NCBI GenBank assembly: GCA_036351435.1
Contig: JAZBPA010000065.1
Location: 1,186 to 65,185, forward strand
Length of the DNA stretch: 64,000 nucleotides
Direction: 5' to 3'
Origin: Candidatus Competibacteraceae bacterium
Lineage (GTDB): Bacteria > Pseudomonadota > Gammaproteobacteria > Competibacterales > Competibacteraceae
Both the position numbers and the translations under genes were made by a program. The notes under the pieces are model-generated. The model did no database searches. It had not been told where the DNA came from and saw only the letters and a list, made by a program, of their open reading frames with translations. The first letter of the stretch is position 1. Every line of letters begins with the position of its first letter. This document shows, piece after piece, positions 54,951 through 64,000 of this stretch.

Positions 54951-55016
54951 TTACTTGTCTCCTCAGCCACTTATATCGTTTTACTTCCCTGCACGCACCC
55001 GAACAGTAAATCACCT

Positions 55017-55565
55017 TCAAATCGCTGCATCCAGGAATTTTGAGTCATTGAGCAGACGATCGATATCAAAAACAAACCACTGTCGGTTCTCACCCTCGAA
55101 TCCCTCAACGCAATAGGGCGTAAAATTGATATTTTTATCTGTTGCAATATCAGGTAATCGGCTTTGCTCACCGAACTGCCGCATCCCAATGACCTCATGA
55201 ATCAGCAACCCGTATTCCCACTCTCCAGCGCGAACGATGACAAGCCGGCTATTAGGTGTAGGTGTGCTGGGCTCACCACCCAAAAATTCTTGCAAATCCA
55301 CCACAGATAAAATCGTACCCCGCAAGTTCGCAATACCTAACAACCAAGTTGCAACACCCGGAATACGGGTAATGCGAGGAATCGGGACGATTTCAGCAAC
55401 ATCGTCCATAGACAACAGTAGATTCCAAGAACCCAAGCGCACAGCCAACCGCCCTTCTTGGCCAGCAGGTTTTGCCTGGGCCGAAGTATCCGTAGTTAAC
55501 GCTTGGTTGCGTTTATCGATGTCCAGCAGTAGGTCGAACGGGTGAATGACAGCTTGCCCAGTCAC
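55017..55565 (-). CDS. pilI: CheW-like coupling protein PilI
   Basis: 182 aa with a CheW-domain pattern (VPIPRITRIPGVATWLLGIANLRG). It lies between pilG and pilJ. Confidence 0.75.
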   Translation of the reverse strand: MTGQAVIHPFDLLLDIDKRNQALTTDTSAQAKPAGQEGRLAVRLGSWNLLLSMDDVAEIVPIPRITRIPGVATWLLGIANLRGTILSVVDLQEFLGGEPSTPTPNSRLVIVRAGEWEYGLLIHEVIGMRQFGEQSRLPDIATDKNINFTPYCVEGFEGENRQWFVFDIDRLLNDSKFLDAAI

Positions 55566-55605
55566 AACAACTCGCTCCTATCCAACATTGGCTATCCAGA
55601 GATGT

Positions 55606-56031
55606 TTAGGACAGTGGGACATAGCGTCGGATACTTTCCAGCAAATCTTTGCGCGTAAAGGGCTTACTGATGAACTGCTCAGCACCAACTAACCGGCCTC
55701 GCGCTTTATCGAACAAGCCATCCTTACTGGATAACATAACGACCGGGGTCTTCCGAAATAGTCGGCTGTTTTTGATAACGGAACAGGCTTGATAACCATT
55801 AAGCCGTGGCATACCCACATCCATGAAGACAATGTCGGGTTGGCTGTCAACCATTTTAGCCAAGGCTTGAAAACCATCCTCTGAGGTGAGGACGGCAAAT
55901 CCTTCACTGGTCAGTAAGTCTTCTGCAGTGCGCCGTATCGTCGCACTATCATCCACCACCATCACTTTAACTGGACGTTCCTTACCTTGGTCGAACTCGG
56001 ATTCCTTACCTGCTTCAAACTCCACAACCAT
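55606..56031 (-). CDS. pilG: CheY-like response regulator PilG
   Basis: VMVVDDSATIRRTAEDLL...MPRLNGYQACSVIKN...TPVVMLSSKDGLFDKARGRLVGAEQFISKPF is near-collinear with P. aeruginosa PilG as recalled. Confidence 0.85.
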   Translation of the reverse strand: MVVEFEAGKESEFDQGKERPVKVMVVDDSATIRRTAEDLLTSEGFAVLTSEDGFQALAKMVDSQPDIVFMDVGMPRLNGYQACSVIKNSRLFRKTPVVMLSSKDGLFDKARGRLVGAEQFISKPFTRKDLLESIRRYVPLS

Positions 56032-56341
56032 CCCCTTTCATTGCACACCCCCACTATCGCTGCACTCAGGCTAGCTAATGATGCATGTTTAACACATCAC
56101 GGTATATCACACCAAGCATGAAATGTTAATTTTATTGCTCAGCAAGTCGAATATTATGTCTGCTGAACGCCCCCGATGTGCCCACTTAAAGAGAAGCCGC
56201 AGCGACATTTCTTAGTCTTTGCAAGTAATAGTAGTATCATTTCACTACTTATGCTGAGATGCGAATGGACTCGCCCCCGGCCTTCAAAACAGCTCAACAG
56301 ACCAACAAAATATTGTTTTAAAGAGAGAAACCCAAAAAAAC

Positions 56342-57292
56342 ATGTCGGTTAGAATCGGTATAGTGATGGACTCTATTGCGTCCATTAACATAAAAAAAGA
56401 TACTACTTTTGCTCTGTTACTGGCTGCTCAGCAACGCGGCTGGCAGTTGCATTATTTCGAGCAACGAGATCTTTACATGCAAGCTGATCAAGCCTACGGG
56501 CGGGCTCGTTTGCTTTCAGTCCAAGACGATAAAAGTAATTGGTTCAGTTTTCAGAAAGAACTGGAGCTACCGCTAGGCACGTTGGATGCGATCCTCATGC
56601 GCAAGGATCCACCATTCGACATGGAGTACATTTACACGACTTATTTGCTGGAAAGAGCTGAAACAACCGGCACTCTAGTGGTCAACCGTCCTCAAAGCTT
56701 GCGCAACGCCAATGAAAAATTATTCGCGTTATCTTTTCCCCAGTGCTGCCCACCAACCCTGGTCAGTCGTGAAGCAGCGCGGTTTCGAGACTTTTTAAAA
56801 CAACAAGACGACATCATTGCAAAACCGCTGGACGGCATGGGCGGTGCCTCTATTTTCCGCTTAAGGCGTGACGATCCAAACACCAATGTGATCTTAGAAA
56901 CTTTGACAAACCATAATCAGCGATTATCCCTGGCTCAGCGTTTTATTCCAGAAATCATCCTAACCGGCGATAAACGTATCCTGTTAATTGATGGTGAACC
57001 GATACCTTATGCCTTTGCGCGCCACCCCGCTTCTGGTGAGACTCGCGCCAATCTAGCTGCAGGAGGACGCGGCGAGGGCGTACCACTGAGTGAACGTGAT
57101 AGGTGGATCTGTGCCCAAGTAGCCCCCAAACTCCGCGAAATGGGCTTGTTATTCGTTGGCTTGGATGTGATCGGTGACTATTTAACCGAGATCAATGTGA
57201 CCAGCCCCACCTGTGCCCGCGAGTTGAATGCCCAATTTGGGTTAGACATTGGCGCTCAGTTGATGGAATCCATCGCTGCACGTATCGTCTGA
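56342..57292 (+). CDS. gshB: glutathione synthetase
   Basis: IGIVMDSIASINIKKDTTFALLLAAQQRGW and the ATP-grasp C-terminus (EINVTSPTC) are present. Confidence 0.93.
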   Translation: MSVRIGIVMDSIASINIKKDTTFALLLAAQQRGWQLHYFEQRDLYMQADQAYGRARLLSVQDDKSNWFSFQKELELPLGTLDAILMRKDPPFDMEYIYTTYLLERAETTGTLVVNRPQSLRNANEKLFALSFPQCCPPTLVSREAARFRDFLKQQDDIIAKPLDGMGGASIFRLRRDDPNTNVILETLTNHNQRLSLAQRFIPEIILTGDKRILLIDGEPIPYAFARHPASGETRANLAAGGRGEGVPLSERDRWICAQVAPKLREMGLLFVGLDVIGDYLTEINVTSPTCARELNAQFGLDIGAQLMESIAARIV

Positions 57293-57300
57293 GGAAAACG

Positions 57301-58134
57301 ATGACGCTGGTAGTGATCCTTCGCAACGAAGAACAGCGACTAGGTTTGGCATTAACACTAGCCATTGCCTTCCATCTGTTGATTCTATTGGGCGTCAGCT
57401 TCACTATCTTGCCGGAAAAAACTCAGCAGGCTGCGTTGAGTTTGCAAATCACTTTGCAAGAAGAGGTCGGTGGGGAACCCGACCTTTCCACGGGGACTGA
57501 GCCCAATCAACCCACCGCAGTAGAACCACAACCACCGCAACCATCCCCACAACCCCCCGCAGAACAACCTTCAGCGACTCCGGCAGCGACCGTTACTCCT
57601 ACGCCGCCGCCCCCCTCTGAACCTAAAGTAGCAACAGCCACACCTACAAAACCGCAGCCCACCCAACCAGCGCCTCCCCGTCAGCCACAGGCCCCGCGAA
57701 CATTAACTGGGACTGACCTACGCAAGCTCGGCTTGCAAATGGCCCGCTTGAAATCACCGCCTCAACAAAACACCAGCAACTCCCGAGAGAAACACCTCAA
57801 CCCACGTTCCATGACAACTTTGGAGAAGTTTTACGAGGAAAGCTGGGTACGCAAAGTCGAGCAAGTGGGGAACCTGAATTTTCCAGAAGAAGCACGCCGT
57901 CGCAATTTAACTGCAGGACCAATATTGGAGGTTGCTGTTCTTGCAGACGGCAGTGTAGACAGTATCCGTATACTGCGTTCTTCGGGGCATGTTTCGTTGG
58001 ATGAAGCTGCCAAGCAAATTGTCAGCTTAGCCGCTCCCTATCCTGCTTTTCCCCCGGAGCTACGCCGACAGTATGATATTCTATATATCAAACGCCAGTG
58101 GAAATTCGAACAAGGCAAGCTATCCGGCCGTTGA
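57301..58134 (+). CDS. TonB-family energy transducer
   Basis: It has an N-terminal TM, a long Pro-rich spacer (EPQPPQPSPQPP...) and a C-terminal TonB domain (GSVDSIRILRSSGHVSLDEAA). Confidence 0.75.
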   Translation: MTLVVILRNEEQRLGLALTLAIAFHLLILLGVSFTILPEKTQQAALSLQITLQEEVGGEPDLSTGTEPNQPTAVEPQPPQPSPQPPAEQPSATPAATVTPTPPPPSEPKVATATPTKPQPTQPAPPRQPQAPRTLTGTDLRKLGLQMARLKSPPQQNTSNSREKHLNPRSMTTLEKFYEESWVRKVEQVGNLNFPEEARRRNLTAGPILEVAVLADGSVDSIRILRSSGHVSLDEAAKQIVSLAAPYPAFPPELRRQYDILYIKRQWKFEQGKLSGR

Positions 58135-58189
58135 GGAAATAGCTTGACTGAGCAACATCAACCGCAGGCACGGAGGTTCATTAGTCGTC

Positions 58190-58753
58190 ATGCACGAACC
58201 GACCTACCTCAGCAATCAGCTGCTAATTGCCATGCCGAGTTTGATGGACCCTAATTTCTATCAAACCGTCACTTATCTCAGCGAACATAACGCCGATGGA
58301 GCGTTAGGGATTGTCATCAATCGCCCATTGGAGTTGTCGTTGGGTGAGCTATTGGAACATTTGAACGTTCCGATCACCCAACCTTCCATTGCAACGATGC
58401 CCGTGCACTACGGCGGCCCCGTGCAACCCCAACAAGGTTTTGTTGTGCACACCCCGGTGGGCGATTGGGGATCAACGCTCAAAGTAACGGACACCATCGG
58501 CATCACCACCTCGCGGGATATTCTGCAATCGCTGGCCTGTGGCGAACAGCCTGAGCATGCCTTAGTTGCATTAGGTTATGCGGGTTGGGGGCCGGGCCAG
58601 TTGGAACAAGAGTTGGCGGAAAATGCCTGGCTATCCGGCCCCGCTGACCCCGCTATTTTGTTTAATACGCCCGCCGAACACCGCTGGTCTGCCGCTGCGG
58701 CGTTACTCGGGGTGGATCTTAACTTGCTATCTAGCGATGCCGGACATGCCTAA
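58190..58753 (+). CDS. yqgE: YqgE/AlgH-family protein
   Basis: LLIAMPSLMDPNFYQTVTYLSEHNADGALGIVINRP is the family signature. Confidence 0.85.
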   Translation: MHEPTYLSNQLLIAMPSLMDPNFYQTVTYLSEHNADGALGIVINRPLELSLGELLEHLNVPITQPSIATMPVHYGGPVQPQQGFVVHTPVGDWGSTLKVTDTIGITTSRDILQSLACGEQPEHALVALGYAGWGPGQLEQELAENAWLSGPADPAILFNTPAEHRWSAAAALLGVDLNLLSSDAGHA

Positions 58754-58774
58754 GTCTCGAGGCGTTAAGTTATC

Positions 58775-59215
58775 TTGAAGCGTTCTCGCACAATCATTGC
58801 TTTCGACTTCGGGTTAGCTCGTATCGGTGTAGCAGTAGGTCAAGAACTCATCAATTCGGCTCGACCATTAACTATATTGAGAAATAAACGCCAGCAACCC
58901 GATTGGGATGCCATCGGTCGCTTGTTGGCTGAGTGGCAAGCTGATCTAATTATTATCGGATTACCCTGTCATGCTGATAACAGTCCTACAGCGCTGACCG
59001 ATACGGCTGCCCGCTTCGGCCGTCAATTGCAAGGCCGTTACGGCTTACCCGTTGAAACTATTGATGAGCGCCTCTCGTCCTGGGAAGCGGATTCATACCA
59101 AGCGTCCGGAGGAAAATCTCCCCAGGGCGGCCACGACGACGCGCTCGCAGCAGCCCTGATCTTGGAAAGCTGGTTCAATCACAGGCTTGCCGCCACGCAA
59201 ACCAGTGAACAGTGA
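58775..59215 (+). CDS. ruvX: Holliday junction resolvase-like putative pre-16S rRNA nuclease
   Basis: It has the IIAFDFGLARIGVAVG N-terminus (YqgF fold). The start is TTG. Confidence 0.85.
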   Translation: MKRSRTIIAFDFGLARIGVAVGQELINSARPLTILRNKRQQPDWDAIGRLLAEWQADLIIIGLPCHADNSPTALTDTAARFGRQLQGRYGLPVETIDERLSSWEADSYQASGGKSPQGGHDDALAAALILESWFNHRLAATQTSEQ

Positions 59216-59239
59216 TCTGCCCGCTCACTTTGTCAGCTG

Positions 59240-60289
59240 TTAAGCCGCCTTAAAACTATCTGGATTCTTGGCCTTAGTCATAGCATCGTGACGACTGATC
59301 TTGCCCGCTCTTACCAAATCCAACAGATGTTGATCCAGCGTCTGCATACCGAAGCCTTTGCCGGTCTGGATCGACGAATACATTTGCGCGACCTTATCTT
59401 CGCGGATCAGATTGCGCACGGCTGAAGTACCGATCATGATTTCCCACGCTGCGGTTCGTCCGCCACCTATTTTTTTCATCAGGGTTTGTGAAATGACGGC
59501 TTGTATGGATTCGGATAACATTGAGCGTACCAGCGGTTTCTCGCCGGCTGGAAATACGTCGATTACCCGATCTATGGTCTTAGGAGCGGAAGTGGTATGG
59601 AGCGTACCGAATACTAAATGGCCAGTCTCTGCAGCGGTTAATGCCAATCGAATGGTCTCTAGATCGCGCAACTCGCCAACCAAAATCGTATCGGGATCTT
59701 CCCGCAATGCTGACCGCAGCGCCTCATTGAAGCCCAGCGTATCACGATGCACTTCACGCTGATTAATCAAACATTTCTTGCTTTGATGAACAAATTCAAT
59801 GGGATCTTCAATCGTTAAAATATGGCCGTATTCACTATCGTTCTTGTAATCCACCATGGCCGCTAATGTGGTCGATTTGCCAGAACCCGTGGGACCGGTC
59901 ACCAACACAAGACCACGGGGCTTCAAAGTAATATCTCTAAATACTTGGGGACAGCCCAAATCCTCTAGCGACAAGATTTTAGTGGGAATTGTCCGAAAAA
60001 CCGCCCCCGCACCTCGGTCCTGATTAAAGGCGTTGACCCGGAACCGGGCTAACTTAGGCACTTCGAAGGAAAAGTCACACTCCAGGAACTCGTCGTAATC
60101 CTTGCGTTGCTTATCATTCATAATGTCGTAGATTAGGCCGTGTGCCTCCTTATGCTCCAGCACCGGCAAATTGATTCGGCGGATGTCGCCATCGACCCGA
60201 ATCATGGGAGGTAATCCAGCCGATAAGTGCAAATCGGAAGCACCATTTTTGACTGAAAAGGTCAAAAGATCATCAAGTGTAGGCGTCAT
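59240..60289 (-). CDS. pilT: type IV pilus retraction ATPase PilT
   Basis: It is near-identical in blocks to P. aeruginosa PilT (ASDLHLSAGLPPMIRVDGD, GPTGSGKSTTLAAM, AHEIMIG-type). I chose the ATG at 60289, which has GAGGA 7 nt upstream. The 62-codon upstream extension of the ORF has no PilT counterpart. Confidence 0.93.
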   Translation of the reverse strand: MTPTLDDLLTFSVKNGASDLHLSAGLPPMIRVDGDIRRINLPVLEHKEAHGLIYDIMNDKQRKDYDEFLECDFSFEVPKLARFRVNAFNQDRGAGAVFRTIPTKILSLEDLGCPQVFRDITLKPRGLVLVTGPTGSGKSTTLAAMVDYKNDSEYGHILTIEDPIEFVHQSKKCLINQREVHRDTLGFNEALRSALREDPDTILVGELRDLETIRLALTAAETGHLVFGTLHTTSAPKTIDRVIDVFPAGEKPLVRSMLSESIQAVISQTLMKKIGGGRTAAWEIMIGTSAVRNLIREDKVAQMYSSIQTGKGFGMQTLDQHLLDLVRAGKISRHDAMTKAKNPDSFKAA

Positions 60290-60365
60290 AAAAGTTTCCT
60301 CTATAATATCCTCAGTCTTACAATAACAAAGCGTGAGTAAATTAGTACCGGTTGGACTCAGAACT

Positions 60366-61130
60366 ATGGAAATCGCTAAGAGTATATATAACAGTTCGTG
60401 CCAACCCCAACAGATCGAGTCAGGGGAAGAGATAAATCCCGTAGCGACTAATTTGGCTGCTGTGCGCGCCCGCATCAGATCAGCAGAACGTCGTTTTCAC
60501 CGCTCAGCAGGCTCGGTAACTCTGCTGGCGGTCAGTAAAGCTAAACCGATTTCACTGATTGCCGCAGCCGCCGCGGCGGGTCAACGTTGCTTCGGGGAAA
60601 GCTATCTCCAAGAAGCTGTGGAGAAAATAGCCGAATTACCAGGTTACGCCTTGGAGTGGCATTTTATTGGTCCTATCCAATCCAATAAAACTCGCAGAAT
60701 TGCTGAGTCCTTCGCTTGGGTACACAGTGTCGACCGCCTGAAAACAGCTGAGCGCCTCAATAGCCAACGTCCTGCACACCTCCCCCCACTCAATATCTGC
60801 TTGCAGGTTAACATCAGCGAAGAACCTAGCAAACAGGGGATTGATGTTGCTCATCTTGAAGCTTTGGCACACACCGTTGCAACCTTGCCTCGCTTGCATT
60901 TGCGTGGCTTAATGGCGGTGCCCGCCCCGCAGCAAGAATTCTCCGCGCAACGAAGGGCGTTCGCTACATTACGGAACTTACAACAATCCCTCAACGCTGG
61001 AGGTCTTGCTTTGGACACGCTATCAATGGGCATGTCCGGTGATCTGGAAGCCGCGATTGCCGAGGGCAGCACTTTAGTCCGAGTAGGCACCGCCCTATTC
61101 GGGGAGCGTGTTGCCCGGTCCGAGATATGA
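60366..61130 (+). CDS. yggS: YggS-family pyridoxal-phosphate homeostasis protein
   Basis: LLAVSKAKP (PLP Lys), WHFIGPIQSNK and the LSMGMSGDLEAAI blocks are present. The start is uncertain (ATG 60366 preferred over GTG 60333). Confidence 0.85.
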   Translation: MEIAKSIYNSSCQPQQIESGEEINPVATNLAAVRARIRSAERRFHRSAGSVTLLAVSKAKPISLIAAAAAAGQRCFGESYLQEAVEKIAELPGYALEWHFIGPIQSNKTRRIAESFAWVHSVDRLKTAERLNSQRPAHLPPLNICLQVNISEEPSKQGIDVAHLEALAHTVATLPRLHLRGLMAVPAPQQEFSAQRRAFATLRNLQQSLNAGGLALDTLSMGMSGDLEAAIAEGSTLVRVGTALFGERVARSEI

Positions 61131-61208
61131 AATCCAGCGCCAACCTTTCAGCGAATCTGTCGATTACTAGGCAATACCAACCAGCGATTATGGACTACCG
61201 CTAATCCC

Positions 61209-61598
61209 ATGCATGCTCAACTAATGTCAATATTGCGCCATCTAGGTTATCCACTGTTCGGATCGGTGTTCCTGTGCTCGTTCGGACATGCCGCTAACGA
61301 TACCGATTATCTGCGGCAAATCGAAGAGGCGGCAAAACTTCAAGCGATCACACCAATTATCAATTCCACACAGCCGGCAAACCGTGAACCCGCTGAGAAC
61401 AACCGGATACCGGCAGGACTGCCCTCATTGGAAGAATTCGAAAAGGCTTTACGCCAGCAATTTGCCGGTACCTATGCCTTTTATCAGCGGCTCAACGCCG
61501 CAGGAAAACAGCAAATTTTCACCCTTTATCAGCAAGACAATCGCGTTAGCACCATCCGCGCACAAACTTTACAGCTGCTTGCAGGCAATTCACGTTAA
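61209..61598 (+). CDS. hypothetical exported protein
   Basis: 129 aa with a signal-like LGYPLFGSVFLCSFGHA. No family recognised. An overlapping alternative-frame ORF (61288..61692) is judged spurious. Confidence 0.45.
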   Translation: MHAQLMSILRHLGYPLFGSVFLCSFGHAANDTDYLRQIEEAAKLQAITPIINSTQPANREPAENNRIPAGLPSLEEFEKALRQQFAGTYAFYQRLNAAGKQQIFTLYQQDNRVSTIRAQTLQLLAGNSR

Positions 61599-61688
61599 AA
61601 CGCATGACTCCAGAGTCTTAACCATCGCTGGGAGAGATCCAAGGAATTATTTCCTAGCGCCCTTTAAATATCCGAGGCAAAGCGCTCA

Positions 61689-62519
61689 ATGAACACTCTG
61701 CATGCTGCCTTTATTGGCGGCGGGAACATGGCCCGTAGTTTGATCGGCGGTTTGCTCGCCGATGGTTGCGATCCTGACACACTGTGGGTCGCCGATCCCA
61801 GTGAGCCACAGCGAGAACTGCTGCGCAGCCACTTCAAGGTGCATGTCACCGCTGACACTGGTGAAGCCGCAAGCCAAGCCTCAGTTGTGGTACTAGCTGT
61901 CAAACCTCAGACTGTTCAGGCGGTGGCAGCGCCGCTCGCACCTATAGTACGCAACACCAATCCTTTGGTACTGTCGATTGCTGCCGGCGTGCGCCTAGCA
62001 GACATACGTCGTTGGCTAGGTGGGCATGACGCGCTGGTGCGAGCTATGCCCAATACACCAGCGCTGGTGCGCAGCGGAGCCAGCGCACTCTATGCCAGTG
62101 CCGCCACCTCGACCGAACAACGACAATTAGCCGAATCCATTCTGCGCGCTGTGGGACTGACCGTTTGGGTAGACCAGGAAACCCTGCTGGATAGTGTCAC
62201 AGCCCTATCCGGTAGCGGGCCGGCCTATTTCTTTATGGTCATGGAGTCCTTGGAGAAAGCCGGTATCAGCTTGGGCTTGACCCCGACTCAAGCCCGATTA
62301 TTAACCCTGCAAACTGCGTTCGGGGCGACAAAAATGGCTTTAGAAAGCGCTGAAGACGTTGCCACCCTGCGAGCTCGGGTCACGTCGCCGGGCGGAACAA
62401 CGGAACGCGCCATCGCTGTGCTACAAGCTGGAGAACTGGACACGTTATTTGATAAAGCGCTGCAGGCTGCTCATGAACGTGCCCGAGAACTGGGTGATTG
62501 GCTGGGGGGGTCCGCATGA
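61689..62519 (+). CDS. proC: pyrroline-5-carboxylate reductase
   Basis: FIGGGNMARSLIGGL, AVKPQ and the SPGGTTE motifs are present. Confidence 0.92.
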   Translation: MNTLHAAFIGGGNMARSLIGGLLADGCDPDTLWVADPSEPQRELLRSHFKVHVTADTGEAASQASVVVLAVKPQTVQAVAAPLAPIVRNTNPLVLSIAAGVRLADIRRWLGGHDALVRAMPNTPALVRSGASALYASAATSTEQRQLAESILRAVGLTVWVDQETLLDSVTALSGSGPAYFFMVMESLEKAGISLGLTPTQARLLTLQTAFGATKMALESAEDVATLRARVTSPGGTTERAIAVLQAGELDTLFDKALQAAHERARELGDWLGGSA

Positions 62520-63070
62520 CCGCCGCATTATTTTTAATTCAAACCCTCTTTGGGTTTTACATCCTGGCGGTTCTTTTGCGGTTCTTATTACAGTGGGTAC
62601 GCGCTGATTTCTATAATCCCTTAGTGCAATTCTTAGTCAAATTGACCAATCCACCACTGATTCCGCTACGTCGTATTATTCCCGGTTTTATGGGACTGGA
62701 TATAGCCGCCGTGGTGTTGATGATCGGACTAAAGATTGCTGAACTGCTGCTCGTGCTGAGTGTGCTTGGCCAAAACCTGGACTTCGTCAATCTAATTCTG
62801 CTGGCGATCATTGAGCTGGCATACTTGCTGATCAATATTTATATCTGGGCGGTTATCATTCAAGCCATACTCAGCTGGGTCAATATTGACTACCGTCATC
62901 CTGCCATTTCCCTACTCTACCAGTTGACTGCCCCAGTGTTGCGCCCCGTCCAGCGTCTATTGCCGCCCATGAGTGGACTGGATCTATCGCCGATGGTGGT
63001 TATCATCGCTTTGATCTTTCTACGCTTACTGATCAGCGACTTATTGAGTCTAGGCGGCCTGGCCTACTAA
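62516..63070 (+). CDS. yggT: YggT-family membrane protein
   Basis: ATG 62516 overlaps the proC stop (ATGA). It has two YGGT repeats (NPLVQFLVKLTNPPLIPLRRIIP / LTAPVLRPVQRLLPP). Confidence 0.85.
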   Translation: MTAALFLIQTLFGFYILAVLLRFLLQWVRADFYNPLVQFLVKLTNPPLIPLRRIIPGFMGLDIAAVVLMIGLKIAELLLVLSVLGQNLDFVNLILLAIIELAYLLINIYIWAVIIQAILSWVNIDYRHPAISLLYQLTAPVLRPVQRLLPPMSGLDLSPMVVIIALIFLRLLISDLLSLGGLAY

Positions 63071-63087
63071 ATGATCCTGTTCCAGCG

Positions 63088-63381
63088 ATGAACAGTTACC
63101 ATTGGGAGGGCGATGACTTAATCCTGCGAGTACGCATTCAACCGCGCGCAGCTCGGGATGAATGGATCGGGCTGCGAGATGAACACTTCCGCTTGCGCAT
63201 CGGTGCACCACCGGTAGCAGGCCAAGCGAATAAGCGTTCCCGTGAGTTTCTCGCCAAAACGTTTCAGGTGCCGCCATCCCAGGTCGTGCTGGTTATCGGG
63301 GAAACCAGCCGTAACAAACGGTTCCGAATTCATGCGCCACGCCGTCTGCCACCGGATATCACTCCGGCTCCAAGCACCTGA
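63088..63381 (+). CDS. yggU: DUF167 (YggU) family protein
   Basis: 97 aa with the RVRIQPRAARDE...APPVAGQANK... pattern. It holds the conserved position after yggT. Confidence 0.8.
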   Translation: MNSYHWEGDDLILRVRIQPRAARDEWIGLRDEHFRLRIGAPPVAGQANKRSREFLAKTFQVPPSQVVLVIGETSRNKRFRIHAPRRLPPDITPAPST

Positions 63382-63444
63382 GGTTGCCCGAAGTCAGGTC
63401 TGCCAGTAGACTGATGCAGTTTCATTAGGCCTTCTAAACTAATC

Positions 63445-64000
63445 ATGGCAGACGTCCCTCCTTCCAAGTCCGTGGGCTTGGTAACGCCCCTAACATTGAA
63501 TTTCAACGAGCCGCTGGCGCTGGACTGCGGGCGCATGTTGTCTCAATACACATTGGTTTACGAAACCTATGGCGAATTGAATGCGACGTGCAGCAACGCC
63601 ATTTTGATTTGCCATGCGTTGTCTGGAGATCATCATGCCGCGGGTTATCATGACGCGGAACAACGTAAACCCGGCTGGTGGGATTCCAGTATCGGTCCCG
63701 GCAAACCCATCGACACCCGTCACTTTTTCGTCGTTTGTTGCAACAACCTCGGTGGTTGCAGTGGCTCTACAGGGCCAACCTCAATCAATCCCGGCACTGG
63801 CCAACCGTTTGGACCGGATTTCCCTATTGTCACCGTAAAAGACTGGGTGCGCAGCCAAGCCTGCTTGGCGGATCGCCTGGGTATCGTTACCTGGGCAGCA
63901 GTCATTGGTGGCAGCCTAGGCGGTATGCAGGCACTGCAGTGGTCAATTGATTATCCCGAACGAGTGCGTCACGCTGTTGCCATTGCTGCGGCTCCCAGAC
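63445..64000 (+). CDS. metX: homoserine O-acyltransferase MetX (5' partial, runs off the window)
   Basis: This frame is not in the ORF track because it is open-ended. ATG 63445 gives [13 protein letters not shown]...[19 protein letters not shown]...GWWD...[18 protein letters not shown]...[12 protein letters not shown], the canonical MetX N-terminal half. Confidence 0.88.
   Translation, partial: MADVPPSKSVGLVTPLTLNFNEPLALDCGRMLSQYTLVYETYGELNATCSNAILICHALSGDHHAAGYHDAEQRKPGWWDSSIGPGKPIDTRHFFVVCCNNLGGCSGSTGPTSINPGTGQPFGPDFPIVTVKDWVRSQACLADRLGIVTWAAVIGGSLGGMQALQWSIDYPERVRHAVAIAAAPR

Noticed and set aside
60290-60475. A 62-codon N-terminal extension of the pilT ORF (411 aa in the track), overlapping the yggS 5' region.
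   Set aside because: The extension has no counterpart in PilT proteins. A well-placed SD and ATG at 60289 give a canonical 349-aa PilT.
61288-61692. A 134-aa ORF overlaps the 61209..61598 ORF in another frame.
   Set aside because: The alternative frame lacks a signal or other motif and runs into the proC start. The 61209 frame has a plausible signal peptide. Neither call is strong.
1-64000. I looked for CRISPR arrays, tRNA/rRNA genes, IS elements/transposases and prophage structural genes.
   Set aside because: I saw no regularly spaced direct repeats, no cloverleaf-like or rRNA-like segments in the intergenic regions, and no transposase-like ORFs. The only mobility-related gene is the lone tyrosine integrase.

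Overview
This is a 64-kb chromosomal window from a Gram-negative, gammaproteobacterium-like genome. It holds about 55 protein-coding genes. By eye I found no rRNA, tRNA, CRISPR array or IS/transposase. The right third (about 40.5-64 kb) is conserved core: suhB/trmJ, the prkA-yeaH-spoVR operon, a reduced Pil-Chp twitching chemosensory cluster (pilG-pilI-pilJ-chpA-cheW-like), gshB, tonB-like, yqgE, ruvX, pilT, yggS, proC, yggT, yggU and metX. As I recall, this order matches the Pseudomonas pilG/pilT neighbourhood. The middle holds gltBD, an lpxA-gnnA-gnnB-like trio, pdxST, glgC with an actinobacterial-type GT4 glucan synthase, a PagL-like deacylase and cysB. The left part (about 3.6-14.9 kb) looks accessory. 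It carries hipBA, a disordered secreted protein, a polyprenyl-phospho-sugar glycosylation cluster (HAD, DUF2142-like polytopic protein with FG-GAP-like repeats, GtrA, DPPR-synthase-like UbiA), an M20 peptidase, a signal-peptide MsrA translationally coupled to a tyrosine integrase, and LpxR. The most unusual locus sits at the window centre (31.4-36.3 kb). A roughly 297-aa protein aligns collinearly by eye with E. coli Tus, the replication terminus-binding protein. Its stop codon overlaps (ATGA) the start of a 1350-aa polytopic membrane protein built from two homologous modules. I cannot place this pair in any described system. All family assignments rest on motifs and on reference sequences recalled from memory; no searches were run.
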